Source: a virus
Lineage: Duplodnaviria > Caudoviricetes
DNA: 58,382 nt
IMG/VR virus record: IMGVR_UViG_3300009158_000057
Span: 1 to 58,382 of that record
Reading direction: 5' to 3' (one strand)
Under the pieces are notes generated by a model. It was not told where the DNA came from. It saw only the letters and a list, made by a program, of their open reading frames with translations, and searched no databases. The position numbers and the translations under genes are program-made. This document shows, piece after piece, positions 27,941-37,530 of the stretch (position 1 is its first letter; each line of letters opens with the position of its first letter).

Positions 27941-28026
27941 GGACAGATGGGTGAGTGGTTAAAACCGACAGACTGTAAATCTGTTGCCTAATGGCTACGT
28001 TAGTTCGAATCTAACTCTGTCCACCA
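27941..28026 (+). tRNA. tRNA-Tyr(GTA)
   Basis: Acceptor GGACAGA/TCTGTCC, loop CT-GTA-AA, variable arm, ACCA end. Confidence 0.95.
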
Positions 28027-28069
28027 TTCAATGTAGATGAATTATTATAAATTATAAGAGGAGTATAAT

Positions 28070-28546
28070 TTGCCTAAAACAATGCCGTCGATGCTAAAAG
28101 AAAACAAAGAACTTTGGCACAAGTTTCATGCTATCTTAGATATCGTATTGACTAAAGGTATATACGAATCAAAGTGGCCAGGTAACTTTACGCGAGGACA
28201 TAGAGAGTTCTTGTTTGCGTACATTAGCAGAAAGAACAATTGCTATTTCTGTTCTACCACGCACTTTGCTCTTGCCAAGGCTCTTGGCGTAGAAAAGCTT
28301 GATAGAGATATTCTAACACGTACAGACGAATTGTATGACAACATTTTGATGCCCGTGTTAGATGAAATTGATCCTCTTACGCAACAAATTCTCTTTACTA
28401 TTAGTGCTGCTAAGTTCATCAACACTCAGGTAGTAGCACACGATGTTCATATTAGCCCTACCTCTTTGTTGAAGTCACCCGTGTTCTTAGAATTTGGCTA
28501 TGAAGCGGCTTTTAGCCAGCTAAAGAACGAAGATACCTATGCTTAA
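28070..28546 (+). CDS. AhpD/carboxymuconolactone-decarboxylase-family protein
   Basis: REFLFAYISRKNNCYFCSTTH fits ExxxxxxSxxNxCxxCxxxH; GAGGAG SD before TTG. Confidence 0.75.
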   Translation: MPKTMPSMLKENKELWHKFHAILDIVLTKGIYESKWPGNFTRGHREFLFAYISRKNNCYFCSTTHFALAKALGVEKLDRDILTRTDELYDNILMPVLDEIDPLTQQILFTISAAKFINTQVVAHDVHISPTSLLKSPVFLEFGYEAAFSQLKNEDTYA

Positions 28547-28589
28547 TTTGTAATGAAAACAATGAGGTAGAAGAAATGTAAAAAAGTAC

Positions 28590-28618
28590 TTGACATGTAT
28601 GACTGAATATAGTACTAT
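28590..28618 (+). promoter_or_regulatory. Sigma70-type promoter
   Basis: TTGACA-17 nt-TACTAT. Confidence 0.75.
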
Positions 28619-28678
28619 GTATATACGGTGATAATTGTTATGCCGTTTGATGTGAAACTGAAACTTAGGAGTTAATTT

Positions 28679-28969
28679 ATGAATACCAATACCAATACCG
28701 TTTCGAAGTCCGATCGTCTTCTTTCTGCTCTTGTCGAAGGTGCTGAACTTTCGCAGTCGCAGATTGCCAGCCGCTTCGGTTATTCGCCCAACTCAGTGAG
28801 CAAGGCGATCTTCCGTCTCCGCACTGAAGGCTTTCCGATCTTCACGAACAAGCGCACCACAAAGAAGGGTGCAACTGTTAGCAAGTATCGGATGGGTACT
28901 GCGCCCCGTAGCGTTATCGCTGCTGGCTATCGTACTCTTACTGCGATCGGTTACAATCCACTAGGCTAA
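28679..28969 (+). CDS. Winged-HTH DNA-binding protein
   Basis: LLSALVEGAELSQSQIASRFG...AIFRLRTEGFPIF...YRMGT. Confidence 0.75.
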   Translation: MNTNTNTVSKSDRLLSALVEGAELSQSQIASRFGYSPNSVSKAIFRLRTEGFPIFTNKRTTKKGATVSKYRMGTAPRSVIAAGYRTLTAIGYNPLG

Positions 28970-28984
28970 AACCTAGTTAAGAGG

Positions 28985-29014
28985 GGAGAGAGTTTCGGCT
29001 CTCTCCCTTTTTTT
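28985..29014 (+). terminator. Rho-independent terminator
   Basis: GGGAGAGAG-loop-CTCTCTCCC followed by a T-run. Confidence 0.85.
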
Positions 29015-29039
29015 GTATCTGAAATGGAGTATTAATGTA

Positions 29040-29786
29040 ATGAGAAAGAGAAGCTTGGGCGATCATTATCTGGATGATATCCATGCATACAGAATTAACA
29101 GAGATACGTTTTCAATCTACATCGGCGGCGATCCTACTCTTATGGGTAATGAGGGCGCAGAGCCAGGTGTGGACTTCAACATGGCAGACAGGTTCGAACT
29201 TAATCTAGACGTTCTATCGTCTATAGACAAGCATCGACCTATTGTAGTCAATATGTCATCGTGTGGTGGCTGCTGGGAAGAGGGCATGAAGATGTTCTCT
29301 GCGATCTTAGCTTGCCCCAATCCCATTACAGTTGTCGCCACCAAACACGCCAGATCAATGACCTCGTTGATCCCACTAGCTGCTGACAAGTTTATTATTC
29401 GTCCACCAGCTACGTACATGTTTCATCGTGGTACATACGTAATTGAAGCACTGGACGAAGAGGTAGAGACGGAGGACAACGAGCGCCGTAAGGCAGTAGA
29501 GATGATGCTGCGTATCTATGTGGCTCGCCTACGTGAGCAGGGCAAGTTTAAGACGCACTCCGAAGCACGGATTAAGAATATGCTTCTACAGAGTATGCGT
29601 GAGAAGATCAACGTCCACCTGACAGCGGACGAAGCTGTAGCGTGGGGCTTTGCTGATGCAATCTATCTTGGCTGGAATCTAGAAGAGAAAGAGGAGTATC
29701 GTGCAACTAAGGTAAACATTGATCGTAGACACGCGATGATGGAAGTTCTACGTAAGCCGATTACACTTAAGTTTGAGATTAGCTAA
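29040..29786 (+). CDS. ClpP-like protease subunit
   Basis: MSSCGG..EEG, ARSM (Ser), YMFH (His), LTADEAVAWGFAD. Confidence 0.8.
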   Translation: MRKRSLGDHYLDDIHAYRINRDTFSIYIGGDPTLMGNEGAEPGVDFNMADRFELNLDVLSSIDKHRPIVVNMSSCGGCWEEGMKMFSAILACPNPITVVATKHARSMTSLIPLAADKFIIRPPATYMFHRGTYVIEALDEEVETEDNERRKAVEMMLRIYVARLREQGKFKTHSEARIKNMLLQSMREKINVHLTADEAVAWGFADAIYLGWNLEEKEEYRATKVNIDRRHAMMEVLRKPITLKFEIS

Positions 29787-29787
29787 T

Positions 29788-29919
29788 ATGAATACAGGTG
29801 GGAAAGGCAGTAAGCCAAGACCTATGAATGTACCCAGAAAGAAATTCGAAGACAACTGGGACGCAATCTTCAAAAAGAAGACGAAGAAGACGAAGCATAA
29901 AAAAAGGGCTGCCTTATGA
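29788..29919 (+). CDS. Small conserved basic phage protein (43 aa)
   Basis: Hand translation MNTGGKGSKPRPMNVPRKKFEDNWDAIFKKK... Confidence 0.65.
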   Translation: MNTGGKGSKPRPMNVPRKKFEDNWDAIFKKKTKKTKHKKRAAL

Positions 29920-29930
29920 GCAGCCCTTTT
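29899..29930. terminator. Bidirectional terminator downstream of gene 23
   Basis: A7-GGGCTGC-loop-GCAGCCC-T4 between convergent genes. Confidence 0.85.
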
Positions 29931-29971
29931 AGTTTAATCAACAACCTGTTATAGTTGTTTTTAATCCTACA

Positions 29972-31321
29972 TTATAGGATGTTGTTGATTAGGAAGCGAC
30001 GGTAGAACACGTTGGTGTTCTGTACTAGTGAACCGTCGGAGGTTGTGGCACCAGCTGAGAAGGGATTTGCGACCATGCCGTAGCGGGTCTTAAAGCCAAT
30101 CTTGGGCTGGAAGCTGTCCTGACCAACTGCACGAACCATCTGTAGTGGAACATATGGGCAGTAGAAAAGACCAGCGTCAAAGGCAGATGCGCCCTTGTAG
30201 CCGACTACTGCGAAGTTACCACCAGCATATGGGTCGACATATACGCGAGTGCGGCCGTTTAGAACGCCTGCGAATGTGTTGCCCGTGTCATCAACCTGTA
30301 GGTTGTTGCTGTTTAGAGCAGGTGTGTAGTCTAGAACACCAGCCATCTGTAGAGCAGACGCAACGTCTGAAGAACAGATGATGATGTTGCCCTTGCCGCG
30401 ACGAGTTGCCTTGGCAATTGCGTTAGCTTCACGCTCAATCTGGAACATTAGACCCTTGAACTTCTCAACTGACCAACGGCCGTTTGAGTCAACGTCTAGA
30501 TCGAATGTACCGGCAGTTGTTGTACCAGCAGCACCCTGTGTTGCAGTTAGAACTACTGAACGAACTACTTCACGATTGATTTCAGCAAGAATTTCTGCTG
30601 AAAGAATTGTTGATAGCTCTGTCTCAGCATCTAGACCGTGAATGGCCTTTAGATCCTGAGCTAGTTCGATTGAGTACTCAGCCTTTAGGGCACGTGACTT
30701 TGCAGTTACAGAAACACGCTCAATTGAGAATGCCATCTGTGCGAAGTCAGAGTTACCTGAAGCGCCTAGAGCTTCTGCCTGGGCAGTATTCATGCCGCCA
30801 GCAAAGTTATAGGTTGATGAGTTACCAGAAGCGACTACGGTATTTGAGAAGCCGTAGATACCGCCAACGTCACCAGCAGCTTGACCCAATGTGGTGTTGC
30901 CGGCAGTAAGAGTTGACTGACCTGTGTTGGCTTCGTAGTACATTGCTTCATAACCAGCAGCACCCTGAGCGGCTAGCTGTGAGTTATATGAAGGACGTAG
31001 TGCGAAGATCAAACCAGTTGGGCCGGTCATTGGCTGAACGCCGCAGATATCATATGCAATGAGGTTAGGCATTGCACGGCGAACTAGTGAGATCAACACT
31101 GGATCGTAGTTGAGTGAACCACCGGTTAGTGAAGTAGGTGCAGCGCCCGAGGTCTCAATTAGAGACTGTGGGCTCATGGTGCTGCCTTCACGAATTGCGG
31201 CTTCGGTGTTTTCTAGCATCTGAGCAAGAGTTGAACGCTTGTGTGCATCAGTGATCTTTGGTAGATCGGCATGCTCAAGCACTGGTGCCCACTTCTTTTG
31301 GATTTCTTCATTGATTAACAT
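29972..31321 (-). CDS. 23: Major capsid protein gp23
   Basis: DPVLISLVRRAMPNLIAYDICGVQPM, KSRALKAEYSIELAQDLKAIHGLDAE, FQPKIGFKTRYG. Confidence 0.99.
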   Translation of the reverse strand: MLINEEIQKKWAPVLEHADLPKITDAHKRSTLAQMLENTEAAIREGSTMSPQSLIETSGAAPTSLTGGSLNYDPVLISLVRRAMPNLIAYDICGVQPMTGPTGLIFALRPSYNSQLAAQGAAGYEAMYYEANTGQSTLTAGNTTLGQAAGDVGGIYGFSNTVVASGNSSTYNFAGGMNTAQAEALGASGNSDFAQMAFSIERVSVTAKSRALKAEYSIELAQDLKAIHGLDAETELSTILSAEILAEINREVVRSVVLTATQGAAGTTTAGTFDLDVDSNGRWSVEKFKGLMFQIEREANAIAKATRRGKGNIIICSSDVASALQMAGVLDYTPALNSNNLQVDDTGNTFAGVLNGRTRVYVDPYAGGNFAVVGYKGASAFDAGLFYCPYVPLQMVRAVGQDSFQPKIGFKTRYGMVANPFSAGATTSDGSLVQNTNVFYRRFLINNIL

Positions 31322-31353
31322 TTAACTTCTCCCTTTTCGTTTTGGATTATACT

Positions 31354-31361
31354 TATTTATA
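31354..31361 (-). promoter_or_regulatory. T4 late promoter (gene 23)
   Basis: TATAAATA. Confidence 0.85.
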
Positions 31362-31366
31362 AAAAC

Positions 31367-32455
31367 TTACTTCTTAGTGGTTTGCGAAATTGCCTTTACG
31401 TAGTGAGCCATTGGGCCAGTTGCCTTGATCTCAACTCCCTCTTCATCATCAGAAACGCCATCTACTTCTTCAGTTAAAGAAACGGACTTCTTTTCGCTTG
31501 GGAAGTACGATTCCTTAATAACATTCAACTTCTTTGTGAACTCTGAGGCGTCTGAGTATTCAATACCCTCAACGAGAGAACGGAGCTTCTCTGCTTGAGT
31601 TAGTGGAAGTGAATCCACTGCCTCAGAGAAAATCTTGTCTACCTCTAGTGAGTCAACATAATCTTTTAGTTCAACATTTTCCTTGAGGGCAGAGTTAACC
31701 TTGTCTTCGAGATCAGCAACATGCTGTGTTAGCTCGGCAACTAGATCGACCTTGTCATCTGGAATGTCTACGTAATTTTCTTGGAATAGTGTCTTAAGAC
31801 CATGAATGAAGCCTTCAACAACTTCAGCCTTGAGTCCAGTTTCGATAGCAACTTCATTATCTGCAACCCACTGCTCTACGGCGTAGGAGAGATATTTGTC
31901 AACGTTTTCAGTTAGAGCAGTGATCTTCTCTTCTAGTGATTCAACTAGACGAGCATCAAACTCTTCCTGAATACGAGCTACTTCTGATACTAGATTTGCA
32001 TTTAGAGCAGCTTCAAAAATTGTTCTTGCCTTCTCACGGACTTCTTCTGATAGTTCTTGACCATCAAAGATTACGTCCATGTCTTCTGATGCAACATGCT
32101 TTGCACTTGTTGGTGAGATATGCATCTGTGCAATTGTTTCGCCATCAGATGCATCTGATGCAGTGCCACCAAGACGGCGTGTTGCCTTTGCCTTAGCAGA
32201 GTCATGACCAGCAGTCATGCCCTTGAAGATATCAGCAATGGCTTCTTTAGGAAGACCGCTCATGTGCTGAATGGCAGCATTGAGTGCTTCAACCTTTGTT
32301 GCGAACTGAGGAATTGCAGTCTCGCCAGCAGACTTATCTGCGCCGCGATTAGCGTGTGCATCACCCTTAGCAACGGGATCTGCTGTTTCGCTTTGACCGT
32401 CTGATGATTTGAATTCAACTAGTTCTGAATTCTCGTGAATATTCTTCTTAGCCAT
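31367..32455 (-). CDS. 22: Prohead core scaffold gp22
   Basis: KARTIFEAAL, VDKYLSYAVEQW, LKTLFQENYVDIP, IKESYF; between 21 and 23. Confidence 0.93.
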   Translation of the reverse strand: MAKKNIHENSELVEFKSSDGQSETADPVAKGDAHANRGADKSAGETAIPQFATKVEALNAAIQHMSGLPKEAIADIFKGMTAGHDSAKAKATRRLGGTASDASDGETIAQMHISPTSAKHVASEDMDVIFDGQELSEEVREKARTIFEAALNANLVSEVARIQEEFDARLVESLEEKITALTENVDKYLSYAVEQWVADNEVAIETGLKAEVVEGFIHGLKTLFQENYVDIPDDKVDLVAELTQHVADLEDKVNSALKENVELKDYVDSLEVDKIFSEAVDSLPLTQAEKLRSLVEGIEYSDASEFTKKLNVIKESYFPSEKKSVSLTEEVDGVSDDEEGVEIKATGPMAHYVKAISQTTKK

Positions 32456-32483
32456 TTTCTTACTCCCTTGAGGTAATATATAT

Positions 32484-32491
32484 TATTTATA
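32484..32491 (-). promoter_or_regulatory. T4 late promoter (gene 22)
   Basis: TATAAATA. Confidence 0.85.
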
Positions 32492-32496
32492 ATTTC

Positions 32497-33165
32497 TTAT
32501 TTTCGTGAAAGCGAATTAAGATACTTCTCGAAAAGATGTAGCTGATTTTCGTTGATTTGAGACATACTCATCTTCTTTAGATTCTTCTTTGTGTTTTCTA
32601 GCATTTCAGCGGCGCGCCATGAACCAGCAGCAGCATCATATACCCACTCTACATTTTCCATTACACCGCGCACAAATGCTTTGTGTGCAGAAGGATCAGC
32701 AACAATATCAGCAGCAGTAGCCAACATGAAGTCATCTTGAACTTCCATGATACCGTTCTTTTCTTTTAGCGTACCCATGCCGCGAGAAGAAACTCCTAAA
32801 TTTGCGCCTTCATCAAGAAGATTCATTACAATATTACCCATAGGGGTATCTGTAATCTTAGCCTTACCAACAAAGTCTGAACCTTCTTGACGTAGCGACT
32901 TGATCATATGTGATACACGATCTAGATTGATCGTTGGACCTGCAGGATGACCTAGTTCGCCATAAGCACGATTTGTTTCAATTAAATCTTTTGTATAACG
33001 TGCAACTTCTTTAGCAAGAATTTTTGACTCATAGATGCGACCATTCTTGTTGGGTCTATCACCCATTAAGAATACGCCTTCAATATGAAATTGCTTCTTG
33101 CCGTCTTCCCTAGCTTCTTTTACAAGGCTAAGTTTTTGATCTAGTACTTCGCAGATAAGTTTCAT
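32497..33165 (-). CDS. 21: Prohead protease gp21
   Basis: NKNGRIY, GELGHP, GVSSRGMG, DIVADPSA. Confidence 0.97.
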   Translation of the reverse strand: MKLICEVLDQKLSLVKEAREDGKKQFHIEGVFLMGDRPNKNGRIYESKILAKEVARYTKDLIETNRAYGELGHPAGPTINLDRVSHMIKSLRQEGSDFVGKAKITDTPMGNIVMNLLDEGANLGVSSRGMGTLKEKNGIMEVQDDFMLATAADIVADPSAHKAFVRGVMENVEWVYDAAAGSWRAAEMLENTKKNLKKMSMSQINENQLHLFEKYLNSLSRK

Positions 33166-33176
33166 CTTAGCTACCC

Positions 33177-33581
33177 TTAAGTTACGTTAACTGGAGCATA
33201 AGAGCCAGTATAGTGTGTGCCATCTGAGCCGTATGCGCCACCGCCAGCTTGTGCAGTCTGCTTGGCTAACTGAATAAGCAACGTACCATTAGTATCGTTA
33301 TTTGCACAAACAACTGTTGCAGTTGAGAACTGACTTAGTGATGTACCCTGACCATTGAAGTCAAAAAACCCAGGACCTGTGTTTCCCAAATACAATACTG
33401 TGTTTGAACCACGTGAGATTGTCCAACTACCAGTCCAAAATACTTTTGTAATAGCAAGATTTGAAACAGTTTCAATGCTAGTATTAACTGATGCTGACGT
33501 TAGTGTGATTGTATTAGCAGCATTTAAGCTAAACCACACATGACCGCCTGGTCGATTTTGATATGCAACTGGATCTGCCAT
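33177..33581 (-). CDS. Hypothetical virion protein
   Basis: ORF track; within the head operon. Confidence 0.7.
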   Translation of the reverse strand: MADPVAYQNRPGGHVWFSLNAANTITLTSASVNTSIETVSNLAITKVFWTGSWTISRGSNTVLYLGNTGPGFFDFNGQGTSLSQFSTATVVCANNDTNGTLLIQLAKQTAQAGGGAYGSDGTHYTGSYAPVNVT

Positions 33582-33582
33582 C

Positions 33583-35112
33583 TTACTTTACTCCATGCTT
33601 TGCGCGAATTTTAGCTAGGATAGCACCAGCAACTTTTTCGCCTGATTCTTTTGAGCCATACTTCTTTGAAGCCTTAGCAGCAATCTTAGCAAAGTTCTTG
33701 CCAGGCTTGCCAATATCTTTACCAGCAGCAGCAGCCTTTGCTGAATAAGAAGCTTCACCTAATTCGACTTCTTCTTTGTATGCTGTTGGCTTCTGTGTGT
33801 TTGTTTGATCTGAACCGGGCTTGCCAGCTTCGCCAGCTTTGTTGCCTTCTGGATCATCTTCACCTTCGCCATCTTCGTCTGAATTTTCATCAACAAAATC
33901 TTGAACTGACGAAACAAAATTCTTTGCTAGGTCAAGCTTCTCTAGAATCCAGCTGGGCATCTCTAGACCATCTGAGATGTTCTCATAGAGTTCAGCAGCA
34001 GCCATTGCAATTTCTTCTAAGTCTTCCTTAGCTTGACGAACGCCATCAGCCTCATTGCTGTCTTCGTTGCTGTCTTCATCGTTTTTGTTTTGATCATTTG
34101 AATCTTTACCGCCAGCGCCAGCAGATGCACTATCAGCACCGCCTGGATTATCGCCACTAGCAGGAGCTGGTGCCATTTGATCACCAAGTTCTGCAATGTA
34201 TGTGAAAGCAGTCATTTCATTTAGTGCGGGAATATCATTCCACTCTACATTTTCAGAATGAAAGTTACCGGCATCCATCTCTGCCTGATGCTTATCGGCC
34301 ATATGTGATGCAGCTTGCTTACGATCAGCAGTGGTGAACATCTTGTGCCAAGGTGTTTTTACATCGCCATGTTGTTTTGAATAGCTCTGTGCTGCACGAT
34401 CAGCGTGATAGCCCCAAAGTTTCTTTGCTTTCTCATGATCATAGCTGCCCTTCTTGAACTTTTTTTCTAAGTTCTTGGCAACAGGCACATGACTGTTTCT
34501 GTATAGATGATGATCATTATCAGCATGAAGTGATAATTCGTGTGCGGCATCTGACATTTCTGCTGCTTCAGTTAGCTCTGTCTCTTCAGCACCTGACCAT
34601 GCAGACCGAGAAGGCAATGCAGTCTTAATCTTACCAATAGGCTGACTCGTCTCAATGCCCTTCTTCTCTGTCTTTTCATGATGTGGCTTTGCTTTATCAA
34701 AAGCGGCTTCTACACCAATTTCGCCAGATTTAACAGCATGGAGTTTCTGTGCATTGTCACCAGATTCTGTGCCATTTAGATTTCCGTTTGGATTTCTATC
34801 TTTCTTTACAAACTTTTCAATAAGCTTGCCATGAGTTTCACTCTCGTATGCTGTGATAGCTTCATTGCCATGATAGTCAGCGCGGCGAGTAGTTAACTCT
34901 TTCTTTAAATTTGAACCATTAAAAATCTTTTCGCTTTCATCTTCATCATTGCTTGGTGTATTTGTTCTTAAAACAGGATGCTTATCAGAGAACTTCTTTA
35001 GTCCAGCCTTAGAGTCACGACCGACAACATAGTCCTGAGGATTAGTTTTGACTAATTTACGAGCCAATTCTTTTGGAGTTTTGGCAATTGCCATCTTGTC
35101 TGTATTAGCCAT
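33583..35112 (-). CDS. Modular prohead-core / internal head protein (gp68 position)
   Basis: Located between gp67-like and 21; acidic and basic modules separated by xxE motifs; C-terminal GKDIGKPGKNFAKIA module. Confidence 0.7.
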   Translation of the reverse strand: MANTDKMAIAKTPKELARKLVKTNPQDYVVGRDSKAGLKKFSDKHPVLRTNTPSNDEDESEKIFNGSNLKKELTTRRADYHGNEAITAYESETHGKLIEKFVKKDRNPNGNLNGTESGDNAQKLHAVKSGEIGVEAAFDKAKPHHEKTEKKGIETSQPIGKIKTALPSRSAWSGAEETELTEAAEMSDAAHELSLHADNDHHLYRNSHVPVAKNLEKKFKKGSYDHEKAKKLWGYHADRAAQSYSKQHGDVKTPWHKMFTTADRKQAASHMADKHQAEMDAGNFHSENVEWNDIPALNEMTAFTYIAELGDQMAPAPASGDNPGGADSASAGAGGKDSNDQNKNDEDSNEDSNEADGVRQAKEDLEEIAMAAAELYENISDGLEMPSWILEKLDLAKNFVSSVQDFVDENSDEDGEGEDDPEGNKAGEAGKPGSDQTNTQKPTAYKEEVELGEASYSAKAAAAGKDIGKPGKNFAKIAAKASKKYGSKESGEKVAGAILAKIRAKHGVK

Positions 35113-35275
35113 TTTGTTCCTCTGGATTGAAAAATCTCTGTGCTACTTCGATCTTTTTTGCAGCTAAAACGTCATGAATTCTTGCCATCAAGGCATCATT
35201 TACAGTTGACTGTAGACCGTCGATGTTATCATCTAAACAGAGGTCTATAATATCTGTTGCTACATTGTTTTCCAT
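35105..35275 (-). CDS. Prohead core protein, gp67-like
   Basis: Short helical protein directly after portal, KKIEVAQRFF; GGAG SD and late promoter upstream. Confidence 0.7.
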   Translation of the reverse strand: MENNVATDIIDLCLDDNIDGLQSTVNDALMARIHDVLAAKKIEVAQRFFNPEEQNG

Positions 35276-35299
35276 GTTAATCTCCATTTTCATTCTATT

Positions 35300-35307
35300 T
35301 ATTTATA
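35300..35307 (-). promoter_or_regulatory. T4 late promoter
   Basis: TATAAATA directly after the portal stop. Confidence 0.8.
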
Positions 35308-35308
35308 T

Positions 35309-36928
35309 TTAGCTTCCACCTAGATTTTGACTAGATAGTTGCGGCTCATTTGGAGCGAATCCTGAAGCTTGGCCTTGCTGTTGTCCTTGTTGCTGATCTT
35401 GACCCTGCTGATCTTGACCGGGCTGTTGGCCCATTGCTGCCATTTGTTGCTGCTGCATTTCCATGTTTTTTGCAGCTTCTTCTTGCATTTCTTGATCCAT
35501 GTCAATGATATCTTCATCGCTCAATTGAAGTACATTTCTCTTTACCCATTCTGCTGAGTAGTACTTACCAACATATGGATCAACCATTGAAAGAGTGTTC
35601 ATTCTTTCACGCAGAATTTCTTCTTGCTTTAATTCAGAAAATACATTGTCTGCTTTGTAATTAAAATGAATGTTGCTCTTGAAAGTTTCCCAGTCTGATG
35701 CTGCAATAACACCAGTAAGAATTAACTGCTTTTCTAGTGCTTTCATAAACAAAGCAGAAAACTTTGTTCTTAAGCGATAAATGAATTTCTGGAACTGAAG
35801 TTCATCACGTGTAATTTCTGATGAACGACCAAGACTAAAACCTGTGTCTGCTTGTAAACGTGAGACAGGCACGTTCAATGCGCGATATAGTTTCTTCTCA
35901 AAGTATTCAACGTCAGCTAGTTCGCCCAAGTTCTGACCAGATGGTAGTGTAGTAACATTAGTACCACCACCGCCTTCACGGCGTGGGAACCAATAGTCTT
36001 CTAACATCGTCATGAACTTACGATCATCTCTAACGTCACCAGTAGTGGCATCATAGATCAATCTATTCTTATGGCGTGTCATTACATCTTTGACATACTG
36101 TTCGGCTTTCATCTTTGGTAGATTGCCAACGTCAATAGAGAAGATACGTCTTTCAGGCGCACGTGAGATACGATAGATTACTGTTGCGTCTTCTAGAACA
36201 CGTAACTGATTAAGTGGCTTAATTGCTTTGTGTAGATAGCCTAGAACAATTTTATTGTCTCTGTCTACAACGCCAGATGGTACATGAATGATTGAGTCTT
36301 TAGCAATCTGTAGACCTTGATTGTCCATACCTGTAGCAGAAGCGCCCTTAAAGCCTCTTTCGCTATAGATGTAAAATTCATTATCAGTAACGTTAGTGTA
36401 TACCATGTCTTTCTTGACACGCTTAACTGCACGTACTTTGCGAATCTTTCTAGGGTCAATGTAACGTAGTTCTTTGATGCCAGACTTAGCATCATTCACA
36501 TCAATCATGATATGATAGTAGATACGACCATCAACATACCAACGTCTAAAAATATCGTAACCAGAGTTGTTGAAGTCTAACAACTGATCAATCTTATTCC
36601 ATTCTTCTTGAATTCTTAATTTGATATTGTCTGTAACATCAAGATCGTCAAGATCAATCTCAACGATCTTTTCTTTGCCTTCTTTACAGATAGTTTCATC
36701 TACAATATCGCTAATTGCAGCGTCACACTCTGGCTGAATAGACATTTCACGATACTTGGCAACGATCTCGGCTTCTGTTTTAGCAGAGCCTTCTAAGTCT
36801 AGATACGTACCAAAAGTACCGCCCGCTGAAACAACCAAAGCTCCGTCATCTGTCTCACGCGGAGCAAATGACGGAATACTTAGGTCTTCTTCGGTTTCTT
36901 TCCGAATTTCAAAGCCAAAAAGTTTCAT
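35309..36928 (-). CDS. 20: Portal protein gp20
   Basis: WYVDGR, IYRISRAPERRIF, MLEDYWFPRREG, LYRALNVPVSR. Confidence 0.98.
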   Translation of the reverse strand: MKLFGFEIRKETEEDLSIPSFAPRETDDGALVVSAGGTFGTYLDLEGSAKTEAEIVAKYREMSIQPECDAAISDIVDETICKEGKEKIVEIDLDDLDVTDNIKLRIQEEWNKIDQLLDFNNSGYDIFRRWYVDGRIYYHIMIDVNDAKSGIKELRYIDPRKIRKVRAVKRVKKDMVYTNVTDNEFYIYSERGFKGASATGMDNQGLQIAKDSIIHVPSGVVDRDNKIVLGYLHKAIKPLNQLRVLEDATVIYRISRAPERRIFSIDVGNLPKMKAEQYVKDVMTRHKNRLIYDATTGDVRDDRKFMTMLEDYWFPRREGGGGTNVTTLPSGQNLGELADVEYFEKKLYRALNVPVSRLQADTGFSLGRSSEITRDELQFQKFIYRLRTKFSALFMKALEKQLILTGVIAASDWETFKSNIHFNYKADNVFSELKQEEILRERMNTLSMVDPYVGKYYSAEWVKRNVLQLSDEDIIDMDQEMQEEAAKNMEMQQQQMAAMGQQPGQDQQGQDQQQGQQQGQASGFAPNEPQLSSQNLGGS

Positions 36929-36949
36929 AATAATGTCCTAACTTTTACT

Positions 36950-37501
36950 TTAAGATCCACCAGCGCGACCAGTGACGCCGCCTGTAACTTCCCAATAGTC
37001 ATATAAGAATGTAACTCTAAACTCTTCGATACGATCTGTTGCATCCCAGTCTAGGTCAATTGCTTGAATATCTGCGGGATAGATCCCGTAGAATGTGTAC
37101 TCACGAATAGGAACGCCTGTCTTTGAGAACTGAGTTACCGTTGCGTTTGACTTGTATAGCAGAGGTGAAGCAGAACCGAATGAACGTAAGTTGCCTTCTA
37201 GTGAGTTGATCTTGTTTGACCACTCTTCCATTGCATTACGGATTAGGAAGTCTTCATCGTTGATGACTGTTACGCCCCAATCTGCGAATGTACGATCACC
37301 AGCTAGATTGATCTTACGACCGAAGTAGCCGATTGTGATGTTGCCTAGCTTTGACTCTGGAAGCTGTGCAGTGCGTACCATGAATGGCACTTTGATGTTA
37401 CCAGTTCCATTTGCAGGATTGTTAAATTGCACCTGGAATAGCGACTGTCTTGCACCGCCACCTGTTAGTTGTGACTTAATTTCGTTGATATTGAAAGCCA
37501 T
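36950..37501 (-). CDS. 19: Tail tube protein gp19
   Basis: GGARQSLF, GRKINLAGDRTFADW.VTVINDEDF, IEEFRVTF.YDYW. Confidence 0.96.
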   Translation of the reverse strand: MAFNINEIKSQLTGGGARQSLFQVQFNNPANGTGNIKVPFMVRTAQLPESKLGNITIGYFGRKINLAGDRTFADWGVTVINDEDFLIRNAMEEWSNKINSLEGNLRSFGSASPLLYKSNATVTQFSKTGVPIREYTFYGIYPADIQAIDLDWDATDRIEEFRVTFLYDYWEVTGGVTGRAGGS

Positions 37502-37530
37502 GTTTGTTTCTCCTTGTCCTTTTATTTATC

